From the NCBI GenBank assembly GCA_002269645.1, contig NIVC01000658.1, positions 1 to 64,000 of the forward strand: a DNA stretch of 64,000 nucleotides, given 5' to 3'. The notes under the pieces are model-generated. The model made no database searches and was not told the DNA's origin. It worked only from the letters and a program-made list of their open reading frames with translations. Source of the DNA: Macrostomum lignano (taxonomy: Eukaryota). Shown piece after piece: positions 43,875 to 55,285 of the stretch. The position numbers were made by a program, and so were the translations under genes. The number at the start of each line of letters is the position of its first letter. Position 1 is the first letter of the stretch.

Positions 43875-45410
43875 TCTAACAGGTAACTATCCTATCTAAC
43901 AGGTAACTATTCTATCTAACAGGTAACTATCCTATCTAACAGGTAACTGTTCTATCTAACAGGTAACTATCCTGCCTAACAAGTAACTGTTCTGCCTAAC
44001 AGGTAACTATCCTATCTAAAAGGTAACTGTCCTATCTAACAGGTAACTATCCTGCCTAACAAGTAACTGTTCGCCTAACAGGTAACTATCCTATCTAAAA
44101 GGTAACTGTCCTATCTAACAGGTAACTATCCTATCTAACAGGTAACTATCCTATCTAACAGGTAACTATCCTGTCTAACAGGTGACTGTCCTGTCTAACA
44201 GGTGACTGTCCTGTCTAACAGGTAACTGTCCTGTCTAACAGGTGACTGTCCTATCTAACAGGTGACTGTCCTGTCTAACAGGTAACTACCCTGTCTAACA
44301 GGTAACTGTTCTATCTAACAGGTAACTACCCTGTCTAAAAGCTGACTGTCCTGTCTAACAGGTAACTGTCCTATCTAACAGGTAACTGTCCTATCTAACA
44401 GGTAACTATCCTATCTAACAGGTAACTGTCCTGTCTAACAGGTCACTCTCCTATCTAACAGGTAACTGTCCTGTCTAACAGGTAGCTGTTCTATCTAACA
44501 GGTAACTATCCTGTCTAAAAGTACTGTTCTGTCTAACAGGTAACTATCCTATCTAAAAGGTAACTGTCCTATCTAACAGGTAACTATCCTATCTAACAGG
44601 TAACTGTCCTGTCTAACAGGTAACTATCCTATCTAAAGGTAACTGTCCTGTCTAACAGGTAGCTGTCCTATCTAACAGGTAACTGTCCTGTCTAACAGGT
44701 AACACCTATCTAACAGGTACTGTTCTATCTAACAGGTAACTATCCTGTCTAAAAGCTGAGCTGTTCTATCTAACAGGTAACTGTCCTGTCTAACAGGTAA
44801 CTGTCCTATCTAACAGGTAACTGTCCTATCTAACAGGTAACTGTCCTATCTAACAGGTACTATCCTATCTAACAGGTAACTGTCCTGTCTAACAGCACTC
44901 TCCTATCTAACAGGTAACTGTCCTGTCTAACAGGTAACTGTTCTGTCTAACAGGTAGCTGTCTATCTAACAGGTAACTATCCTGTCTAAAAGCTGACTGT
45001 CCTGTCTAACAGGTAATATCCTATCTAAAAGGTAACTGTCCTGTCTAACAGGTAACTATGCCTATCTAACAGGTAACTGTCCTGTCTAACAGGTCACTCT
45101 CCTATCTAACAGGTAACTGTCCTGTCTAACAGGTAGCTGTTCTATCTAACAGGTACTGTCTACCGGTGAATATCCTTTCTAACAGTGACTGTCCTGTCTA
45201 ACAGGTAACTCTCCTGTCTAACAGATGACTTTCTTTCTAACAGGTGACTCTCCTACCGGTATCTAACAGGTGACTGCCCTGTCTAACAGTGACTGTCCTA
45301 TCTAACAGGTGACTGTCCTATCTAACAGTGACTGTCCTATATAACAGGTGCTTCGCCTGTTTAACGGAAGACCCAGTAGATTAACAGGTGACTCCCCCGT
45401 CTAACAGGAT
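43875..45410. repeat. 20-bp minisatellite CT(A/G)TCTAACAGGTAACT(A/G)TC
   Basis: About 75 copies, degenerate toward the right end. Confidence 0.95.
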
Positions 45411-45464
45411 CCATCATACAATACATCCTGACATCAATAAGCCTAACAAGATGGTCAGATGAAG

Positions 45465-45790
45465 ACTGTCCTAGTGTCCTAGTGTTTTTGTGTCTTATTT
45501 TACTAGTGTCCTATTTTACTAAAGTCCTATTGCTTTAGTATCCTATTGTCCTAGCGTTCTAGTGTCCCAGTGTCTAAGTGTCTTAGTTTACTAGTTTACT
45601 AGTGTTTTTGTGTCCTAGTTGACTAATTTACTAGTGTCTTACTGCCTACGAGTTTAGTAGCTCGTAGTGTCAGTGTCCTAGTGTCCCAGTGTCCTAGTGT
45701 CCTAGTGTCCTAGTGTCCAGTGTCCCAGTGTCCTAGTGTCCTAGTGTCCTAGTGTCCGTGTCCTAGTGTCCTAGTGTCTGTGTCCTGGTG
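45465..45790. repeat. Degenerate 8-bp GTGTCCTA repeat
   Basis: Same unit as 41200-42120. Confidence 0.85.
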
Positions 45791-46100
45791 TCAAAGAATC
45801 GGGGGCTCTTCGGGGAGCGAGTCGGACGCCCCCCCCGTCCTCCACGATGAGTCAGTTGATTTCCGCATTTGTCCTTTTGCACAGAGAATGAGTCAAGTAA
45901 TCAACCAGTTCCGATGAAAAGCTCCGTCAATCTCCATCACTGCCCAGACGTGATTGGCTTGCGCGCAATCTTCTCAGCCAGTATATCTCAAGCCAGTCCC
46001 CCAGATCCGCCAAACTCTCAATACTCAGTCCCCAGAACTACCAGACCAGCTTGCCCGTGAAGCTCGCAACAGTTATTGCAGACAGACCGGATCAAACAGA

Positions 46101-47993
46101 ATGTCCTGCGAGTCTAGCTTGACTGAGACAGCTATTAGCGACAACAGCAGCAGCGCTGAAGGTGTCCTCGACGGCGGGGGCTGCGCTAACAACCAGACGG
46201 AGCTCCTGATCAGCCAGCCGTGGCTGTTCGTCCCCAAGCAGCTGGACCCGCTGGTCTGCCTTGGCGACCCGCAGTTCTGCACCGCTGCCAGCGCTCGAAA
46301 CTGCCAAGTTGCAAAAACTCTGCTGCCATTCTCTGCCACCTTCGGCGCTCTCAACGCGCTCAGCGTCCTCCTCAACTCGCTGTCCTTCGCCGTGTTCCGG
46401 CGCCAACAGGAGCGACGCAACAGCGCCGGCGGAGGCCGCCTTCAGAAGACGGTTGTGCACCTGTTGAAGGTGCTCTCACTGCTGGAGATTGTTTTCCACG
46501 CCTTTTTCTGCTTTACCACGACGATGGAGTACTTGGTTCACCGGCCGGCTGTCCTCGGCCAGCCTGCTCGGCGGCATCGCCCTGTGCTCGCTGGTGAACG
46601 TCTAATCGTGCTGCAGACGGCGCCCACATCGGACGCAACTGGATGGTGGTGACGATCTCCGCCCTGCGCTACGAGGCCGTCTGCCGGGCAATGCAGCCGC
46701 CGGAGCGCAGGCTGTTCAGCAGAGCGGGCGGGTGCGCGCTTGCTGTCGGTTGTCATGACAAACGGCTTTGATTGTTTCGCTGCCGAGATTGTTCTACTTC
46801 AGCTGCGTGCTGTGCCAGCGAGACGACGGCGGCTTCAGTCTGGACTCGTGAACAGCCGGCTGGGCCGGCGCCTCCGTGCACTTCAACACGGCCTACAACA
46901 TTGCTGGACTGCTGCTGTTCCAGACCGGAGCCCCATTGCCGCTGTCTGCTGCTTCAGCAGTCTGCATCCTGACCGGGCTTCATCGGCGCCGGCGAGAGAA
47001 GCAGCGACTGCTCACTGGCAAGCGGATGAAAGCGGGCAGCGGCGAGTGAGCAGATGTGAGTCCTGGGGTGGGCATTTCCGGCGGGGTGGACAAGATTCGG
47101 TGGGTGGACATGATACTTCCGGTGGGGTGGACAAGATGCTTCCGGTGGAGTAGACATGATACTTCCGGTGGAGTGGACATGATACTTCTGGTGAAGTGGA
47201 CATGATACATGTACTTCGATGGGGTGGACAAGATACTTCCGGTGGGGTGGAAATGATACTTCCGGTGTCGTGGACATGATACTTCCGGTGGAGTGGACAT
47301 GATACTTCCAGTGGCGTGTACATGATACTTCTGGTGAAGTGGACATTATACTTCCGATGGGGTGGACAAGAGACTTCCGGTGAGTGGACATGATACTTCC
47401 GGTGGGGTGGACATGATACTTCCGGTGTCGTGGACATAATGCTTCCGGTGGGGTGGAAATGATTCTTCCAGTGAGGTGGACAAGGTACTTTCAGTGGGAT
47501 GGATATGAGAATTTTGGTGGGTCGGCAATGATACTACCGACGAGGTGGACAAGAAACTTCCGTTGGGTAGAATTTGATTTGGGACTGTTTTTCCTATAAA
47601 AATACACTATTTGTTTTTCAACCCTTCCTAAACAGCGTTGACGGTATGCAGCCGCTTCAGCAGAAACAGCAGCAACCGCCGCCGAAGTCCGGATCCCGGT
47701 CGTCCCGAACCAACTTGCTCGTGATTGTGCTCTGCGCCGCCTTCCTCGTACTGGAGAGTCCGCTTCTATTGAGCAAGGTGCTCGACGGTCGCGTACTGAA
47801 CGGTCAGCTGGACGCGCTGATCGTCGGCCTGTCCAAGTTTGGCACTCTGCTGGACAGCTGCTTGAACATCCTCATCTACTGTATGGGCAACCGGCAGTTC
47901 CGGTGGGACCTCTGCCGCCTGTTGCGCCTGCGGAGGGAAACGCCCAGCAGAATGCAGCGTCAACAGTGCGCTGACAACCAGACTGAGAATTAG
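46101..47993 (+). CDS. Class A (rhodopsin-like) peptide-receptor-type GPCR, two exons, several frame breaks (errors or pseudogene)
   Basis: TM1 (FGALNALSVLLNSLSFAVF), TM2 (LLKVLSLLEIVFHAFF), TM3 in another frame (RNWMVVTISALRYEAVC), TM4 (IVSLPRLFYF), TM5 (FNTAYNIAGLLLFQTG), TM6-7 (LVIVLCAAFLVLESP; LDSCLNILIYCMGNRQFR). Intron about 47056 (GTGAGT) to 47635 (AAACAG). Confidence 0.8.
47085..47555. repeat. About 23-bp intronic minisatellite GTGGACATGATACTTCCGGTGG(A/G)
   Basis: Direct reading, inside the GPCR intron. Confidence 0.9.
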
Positions 47994-48109
47994 TTTTGAA
48001 CGGCGAATTCTTAAGAGTTAAAGACAAAAGACTAGCACAGATGCGATACAAGATTTGGTTAGTAGTTGTTACGTGGCACAAATCCCATAGTGCCGCAAAA
48101 CTCCCCATT

Positions 48110-48672
48110 TTCACACCCGCACATTAGCTAGTGACACCCACCACCTCATTTTCACAGACATTTATTAGCTAGTGACACCCACCACCCCATTTTCACACCC
48201 GCACATTGGCTAGTGACGCCCACCACCTCATTTCCACAGCCATATTACCTAGTGATGCCCACCACCTCATTTCCACAGCCATATTACCTAGTGGTGCCCA
48301 CCACCTCATTTCCACAGCCATATTACCTAGTGATGCCCACCACCTCATTTCCACAGCCATATTACCTAGTGGTGCCCACCACCCCATTTCCACAGCCATA
48401 TATTAGCTAGTGACGCCCACCACCCCATATCCACAGCCGCACATTAGCTAGTGACGCCCACCACCCCATATCCACAGCCGCACATTAGCTAGTGACGCCC
48501 ACCACCCCATATCCACAGCCGCACATTAGCTAGTGACGCCCACAACCCCATATCCACAGCCGCACATTAGCTAGTGACTCCCACAACCCCATATCCACAG
48601 CCGCACATTAGCTAGTGACGCCCACAACCCCATATCCACTGCCGCACATTAGCAAGTGACGCCCACCACCTC
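48110..48672. repeat. 39-41-bp minisatellite
   Basis: Unit CACATTAGCTAGTGACGCCCACCACCCCATATCCACAGCCG and a 39-bp variant. Confidence 0.9.
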
Positions 48673-49484
48673 ATTTAACGGCAGGTAGTTTACAGCTGCA
48701 AACTAGCATCCTTCACCAAACAGCGTTATTCAACCCCATTTCTCAGCTAGTTGAAATTTGCAACGCATGCTTATTCGACTCAGAAATTTATGACTTGATT
48801 GACAGCCACAGCACAAATCCTACATCCTACATCCTACTATATGAGCTGCCTGAGTGCTACACTACATTTATAAGATAAAAACTGATTAAAGACTAATCTT
48901 CGACTCCATCACGGTCGCGCAAATACTGTAACACGCCCTTATCTTTTCGTCATTAAAAATGAAACTTCAGCGCGAACTAAACGGGCATTATGAGTATAAG
49001 TCCATCTTATAAGAGGGCGCAGTGGGAGCGAAAAGCATGACCAAATTTGCATCGGCTCCGGCCCAGATTTTCCCTAACTAAGCCAGCGCTCTGGTACGCG
49101 GATCCCAAATCAATGCGCAAGTATACGGCTGCGGAGTGAACTTGACGAAAAATAAAAATAGACGATAATTCATCCTGCATTAGCAGCAGCAGACCTACTC
49201 CTGCTTATTAAGCTTCTTATTGAGATCAGGAATGAGACGCATTGGCTAAATGCAATGCCAAAGGAATCCTTCAAAGTGCACGGCGGATCAACTTCGGCTT
49301 GCGAGCCGGAGCCTGGCATTTAAGAAGAAACAGCGAGGTGCAACTCGCGGCAGAAGCGGTGGGCTGGAGCGATTCCATCAATCACCAGACCGGATCAGAG
49401 TAGCTCTGATGGAGCAGGTCATAAATTACTGTTGAGATGAGTAGCTAATGGGCTACTTAGCTGCATTCGATCCAGGATTACATA

Positions 49485-49514
49485 GTATCTATCTACGAGC
49501 TATCTGTCTATCTG

Positions 49515-49573
<59 letters not shown>

Positions 49574-49582
49574 GTCTATCTG

Positions 49583-49645
<63 letters not shown>

Positions 49646-49646
49646 G

Positions 49647-49681
<35 letters not shown>

Positions 49682-49704
49682 GTCTATCTATCTGTCTATC
49701 TGTC
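49485..49704. repeat. (CTAT)n microsatellite
   Basis: Direct reading. Confidence 0.95.
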
Positions 49705-50000
49705 AGAGGGTTGGCGCAGTTTTACTCGTAGCTTTTGAAAAGGGCAGACAATATTTCAACACACCTAAAGCTGATCAGAGTGTCAGGGCTCAGGGGCAAT
49801 AAACAAGGCCCTATTCATGGCAATAAAAATGCCAATGGTAGTAATTAGCCTTTTTTGTCACACCTAGCAAAGCCAGTTTAGAGCCGCTTTTATTATAAAT
49901 TGAGTACCCCGACGGAGCAGCTAATTGATGCACAATAAGCCTAAGTTACTGGTTTGTTTATTATTTTTCATATTTTTAGCTTTTGGAGTGTAAATATATT

Positions 50001-50167
50001 GAAAGCTGTGCACCTGTAGCTGGGACTGTGTTAGCTGGAAGCTGCGCACCTGTAGCTGGGACTGTGTTAGCTGGAAGCTGTGCACCTGTAGCTGGGACTG
50101 TGTTAGCTGGAAGCTGTGCACCTGTAGCTGGGACTGTGTTAGCTGGAAGCTGTGCACCTGTAGCTGG
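50001..50167. repeat. 36-bp tandem repeat, about 4.5 copies
   Basis: GAAGCTGTGCACCTGTAGCTGGGACTGTGTTAGCTG. Confidence 0.92.
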
Positions 50168-50629
50168 GGGCCTTTTAGAGCTGTCTCCAGCAGAGTCCAG
50201 TCGGTTGGATCGCAGTGAAACAGAAAAATTTTGGCTTAGACACGCTCACACACAAGCAGAGCATCTGCTGTTTTTCATAATAAAAAACATGTTTTTGAAC
50301 TCATAATTTGAAGAAGAAAATTAAATCACTAAATTGATGAAACATATTTGATGAAAAACGGCAGCTAGCTGCTTTAAAAAAATTATTTCTGCAAAATGTT
50401 TACACGGTTTTAAAGCGAAACGGATGCGTTCCCGAATAACAGTTGAATCCCAAATGCGATTATTGCCTTTCAACTTAATGAGTTTAGGTGTTCATGCTTT
50501 TAATCTCGAACGTAGATATTGTAGGGGGGGGAGGGCTAGGGAGATTACGGGGGAGTGAGTACCGTGCTGTAACGAGTAACGAGCAACATAAGTAACGAGC
50601 GTGCAAACTAAGAGCAGAATAGGATGAGT

Positions 50630-51900
50630 ATACACGGGGATAGAGTGGAGTCTGTGTACATTGGGGGTAGGACTAGGCGCGAGTGTACACTAGGGTAGAG
50701 TGAGTCTGTGTACATTGGGGTAGGACTAGGAGCGAGTGTACACTAGGGTAGAGTGAGTCTGTGTACATTGGGGGTAGGACGAGGCGCGAGTGTACACTAG
50801 GGTAGAGTGAGTCTGTGTACATTGGGGTAGGACTAGGCGCGAGTGTACACTAGGGTAGAGTGAGTCTGTGTACATTGGGGGTAGGACGAGGCGCGAGTGT
50901 ACACTAGGGTAGAGTGAGTCTGCGTACATTGGGGTAGGACTAGGGCGAGTGTACACTAGGGTAGAGTGAGTCTGTGTACATTGGGGGTAGGACGAGGCGT
51001 GAGTGTACACTAGGGTAGAGTGAGTCTGTGTACATTGGGGTAGGACTAGGCGCGAGTGTACACTAGGGTAGAGTGAGTCTGCGTACATTGGGGGTAGGAC
51101 TAGGGCGAGTGTACACTAGGGTAGAGTGAGTCTGTGTACATTGGGGTAGGACTAGGCGCGAGTGTACACTAGGGTAGAGTGAGTCTGTGTACATTGGGGT
51201 AGGACTAGGCGCGAGTGTACACTAGGGTACAGTGAGTCTGTGTTCATTGGGGGTAGGACTAGGCGCGAGTGTACACTAGGGTAGAGTGTAGTCTGTGTTC
51301 ATTGGGGGTAGGACTAGGCGCGAGTGTACACTAGGGTAGAGTGAGTCTGTGTACATTGGGGTAGGACTAGGCGCGAGTGTACACTAGGGTAGAGTGAGTC
51401 TGCGTACATTGGGGGTAGGACTAGGGCGAGTGTACACTAGGGTAGAGTGAGTCTGTGTACATTGGGGGTAGGACGAGGCGTGAGTGTACACTAGGGTAGA
51501 GTGAGTCTGTGTACATTGGGGTAGGACTAGGCGCGAGTGTACACTAGGGTAGAGTGAGTCTGCGTACATTGGGGGTAGGACTAGGGCGAGTGTACACTAG
51601 GGTAGAGTGAGTCTGTGTACATTGGGGGTAGGACGAGGCGTGAGTGTACACTAGGGTAGAGTGAGTCTGTGTACGTTGGGGTAGGACTAGGCGCGAGTGT
51701 ACACTAGGGTAGAGTGAGTCTGCGTACATTGGGGGTAGGACTAGGGCGAGTGTACACTAGGGTAGAGTGAGTCTGTGTACATTGGGGGTAGGACGAGGCG
51801 TGAGTGTACACTAGGGTAGAGTGAAGTCTGTGTACATTTGGGGTAGAACGGGGCGAGTGTACACTGGGTTAGACTGAAGTCTGTGTACATTGGGGGTGGG
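50630..51900. repeat. 53-54-bp minisatellite, about 24 copies
   Basis: GAGTGTACACTAGGGTAGAGTGAGTCTGTGTACATTGGGGTAGGACTAGGCGC. Confidence 0.95.
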
Positions 51901-52344
51901 ACGGGGAGTGCGTGTAAACTGGGGCAGAGTGCAGAGCATATTCCCAGGCTAGCCATGCAGTCCACTAAACAAAAAAATACGTGGCTAGCCAGGTGGCTCC
52001 ACCGTGGGTCCACCTTGGCTAGCCCTTGCACCCGTGGACTCGGGGAATCAAATGAGTGAGTCAGACAGTTTCCCACGCTAAAAATAGCTTTTTAACGGGA
52101 CCCAGCCAGGCGGCTGTGGAGAAGCAGACGCCAGAACTTGACTCGTATTGGTTGGCAAGATACATGGCACTAATTCAAAAAAAGAAAAAAAAAATTTTTT
52201 GGCTCCATCGCGTGGGAACTAAATGCATTGACCTTGCCAGGGCGCTAAAATGGGCGCCCAAAGGCTGAAATTGGCGCCGGTATATTAAAATCGGCGCCAA
52301 AAAGTAGCAAGCTGATATATGCTGCCACTTCTACGCCCGTTGGC

Positions 52345-52893
52345 ACATTCCAGCGCTGATTCGGCGATCCTGGCGCCAATTTATGGATCCTGGCGCCAAA
52401 TTTAGCTTCCGGCGCCAATTCTAGCTTTCCCGCGCCAATTTGAGCTCTCCAGCGCTAGTTTGAGCTTTCCAGGGCTAGTTTGGGACCTCTCGAGCTGATT
52501 TCAGCATTCCAGCGCTGATTCGGCGATCCTGGCGCCAATTTTGGGATCCTGGCGCTAAATTTAGCTTCCGGCGCCAATTCGAGCTTTCCCGCGCCAATTT
52601 GAGCTCTCCAGCGCTAGTTTGAGCTTCCCAAAGCTAGTTTGGGTCGTCTCGAGCTGATTTCAGCATTCCAGCGCTGATTCGGCGATCCTGGCGCCAATTT
52701 GGGGATCCTGGCGCCAAATTTAGCTTCCGGCGCCAATTCGAGCTTTCCCGCGCCAATTTGAGCTCTCCAGCGCTAGTTTGAGCTTTCCAGGGCTAGTTTG
52801 GGTCCTCTAGAGCTGATTTCAGCATTCCAGCGCTGATTCGGCGATCCTGGCGCCAATTTGGGGATCCTGGCGCCAAATTTAGCTTCCGGCGCC
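52345..52893. repeat. About 160-bp tandem repeat rich in GGCGCC, about 3.4 copies
   Basis: CATTCCAGCGCTGATTCGGCGATCCTGGCGCC recurs at about 52345, 52504, 52664 and 52823. Confidence 0.9.
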
Positions 52894-53699
52894 AATTTAT
52901 TTGTGAAATGTCAACAGTCTGTTATATCACTACTGCTGTTTGTTATTAGTCCTGTGTACTGTAAACAGTATTCCAGCGCAGTGCGTCTGTCGCATTGATT
53001 AATTTGCTACCACATTTCCTCTGGTGACCAGTCTAGTAAGGTGTAATGACAGTCGCAAAATCATTCGCAATGCGCATAAAGCATGATTCTGCCTGTCATA
53101 TCCTTGTTGCACTACTAGTAGTGCGGTTCAAGCACGCGAAGCAAATTAATTGCTTATTTGCCAAAAATTACAGTTTGAAGAGAAAAAAGAATAAATTTTT
53201 CTTCTTAGACAGAGCAGCACTTGGTAAAAGTATTTGGTTTTTTGTCTGCTAAAACATTTACTCAGCGCCTAGGTGCATGTAGATAAGTAGCTGCTGCAAA
53301 AGCCGTCTGTCTGTCTGTTGATCTGTCTGTATGACAAAGCTGTTAAAAGTCCTTTTGCAGCTTTTTACATGCAGTGTCTGGGTGTCTTGCGCAAAATGAG
53401 TGACAGACAGACTTATGTATTATTCTGGGAACTGTCCGTATGTCAATTACGAATTTGTATGTAATTCGAATTCTGTTCGCGGCTATATACGAAATCTTTT
53501 TCCTTTCATTCATTCATTCATTCATTGATAAGTAATGGGCAAACGAAGGCCCTGCGCTTCAGCCCTGAGGGGGCTCTTACGCAATTGATGTATTTTGGTT
53601 TCCAATTAGTGCGATACTTTAGTATTTTAGTGATCGAGTTTAGAAAAATAAAACAGATTAGTAGAAGGCATGAGGGGGCTTCTGGGACAAAATTTTTCA

Positions 53700-53912
53700 C
53701 CTCCTCCATAATCCACCTAAATCCATCCATATTATCCCTGAAAGAATAAGAAAAAAAGGGGGGTCGCACCTGCTCACAAAACCTCCTCCATAATCCCATT
53801 AAATCCATCCACATTATCCCTGAAAGAATCTTGAAAAAGGGGAGGGGCCGCACTTGCTCCGAAAACTTCGAACATAATCCCATTAAATCCATCCATATTA
53901 TCCCTGACAGAA
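53700..53912. repeat. Three 82-84-bp direct repeats next to the viral genes
   Basis: CATAATCC(C)ATTAAATCCATCCA(T/C)ATTATCCCTGA(A/C)AGAAT recurs at about 53707, 53789 and 53873. Confidence 0.85.
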
Positions 53913-54105
53913 TCAGAGCATAACAGTAGGACACCTGTTATGCTCACTGACACTGACATCCACCCATAGCATCTTCAAAACAATCAGAAAATAATCTGCA
54001 TTCTTCTCCCCACATTCAATTCTCAACGCGAAACCAGATCCCTAAGACTTTAAATCATCAGCGCCGGGTCCTCACCCTTTGAAAAAATCTAAATTTTCTC
54101 TAAAA

Positions 54106-54348
54106 ATGTTTCCAGCTGTCTCTCCAGTTTCTTATTACAAAGCGCACGAGCCTAATTACAAGAGTAGGTACCAATGCAAACTAGAATGCAAGGAGTACAT
54201 GAGAAAATATTGGCCCGGCATTGATATCAATGTCCCTAATATTAATCTAGCTCTCCAAAGACACTGGTTTCATAAGTATGGAGTAACCTATGTAAAATAT
54301 TACGACAGCTACTATAACTTTGCTGAAGTTATAAGGCAGTTGAAGTAG
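54106..54348 (+). CDS. 80-aa Tyr-rich viral orphan protein
   Basis: ATG in the same TAAAA-ATG context as the other viral genes; MFPAVSPVSYYKAHEP...; no family recognised. Confidence 0.5.
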   Translation: MFPAVSPVSYYKAHEPNYKSRYQCKLECKEYMRKYWPGIDINVPNINLALQRHWFHKYGVTYVKYYDSYYNFAEVIRQLK

Positions 54349-54406
54349 CCAACTATAAGGTTGTACCTGGTGGCTTATATAGTAATTTTACAAGTCTGAA
54401 GACGAC

Positions 54407-55264
54407 TCACATTCTCTCAATAATAATTGTTAGCACAAACTCTTCACCGGTAAAATCGACACCAACTCCATCCTCTGTTTCAAACTGCAGAACGATTTCA
54501 TGTATCTCCCTATTACTCAGAATCACTCTTTTCACAGGGTTTGGCTTTTGCACAAGCATTTTGCCACCAGCAACAGAATTTGAAATGTTAAAAAGTATGT
54601 TGGTTCGTTTGCCTTTGAATATCCAATCATGGCTCAGATTGCTACGAATTAATATATTCAAACCTTTGACAATGTCAGCGATATTTGGCGCCAAGTACAT
54701 ACCGGATATTAGCCGGGACACAGCAACAGTGCCAGGCGCCTGCAGCGGGCTTTGGTCTGTGGCGCCACCATAAACTCTCTTTTCAAATCCCAACTCGCGA
54801 TACCAAGTGCCATCTTTAAACTCTACCTCTGCGTCCTTATGAACTTGCAAGATAACTCTCGTGACAGTTAGATCATAAGTTAATCTAACAGGGAACAGTT
54901 TATTTTCTGGTTTGCTTTCATCCGGTATCTCAAAATGCTTTCGTTTAGTGAAGACGTTCTCCAAGAAGTAATTATAAGTATCCACGCTCTGTGTGCTGAC
55001 AGGAAATATCACAACCTCTGTTGTAGTACGCTTCCATTTGTAATAAAACTTGTTATTTTCCGCTGTCACATTGGGAACATTTGACCACCCAGTGAAATCA
55101 TTGAGATAGACGTGGTAATTCGCCTCGGGATCCAAACGAAGTGGTTGCTCCAATTTTTGAATGAAGATTCCGTTTGACTCAGTAATGCGACCCGCTACAG
55201 TGATTGGAATGCTCTCCTTAGAGTGTGAAACAATGTTGTTTAGTCTTTCGGCTATGGCTTCCAT
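54407..55264 (-). CDS. Minor capsid protein (penton, single jelly roll; Polinton PX)
   Basis: PLRLDP..Y.VYL..F.GWSNVPNVT..NNKFYY, LGF, NIADIV...ILIRSNL, P....LV.KPNP, I.EI.L...DG..VDFTGE match the Polinton penton pattern; adjacent to the major capsid gene. Confidence 0.85.
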   Translation of the reverse strand: MEAIAERLNNIVSHSKESIPITVAGRITESNGIFIQKLEQPLRLDPEANYHVYLNDFTGWSNVPNVTAENNKFYYKWKRTTTEVVIFPVSTQSVDTYNYFLENVFTKRKHFEIPDESKPENKLFPVRLTYDLTVTRVILQVHKDAEVEFKDGTWYRELGFEKRVYGGATDQSPLQAPGTVAVSRLISGMYLAPNIADIVKGLNILIRSNLSHDWIFKGKRTNILFNISNSVAGGKMLVQKPNPVKRVILSNREIHEIVLQFETEDGVGVDFTGEEFVLTIIIERM

Positions 55265-55285
55265 TTTTTTATTGAAAAAAATTAT

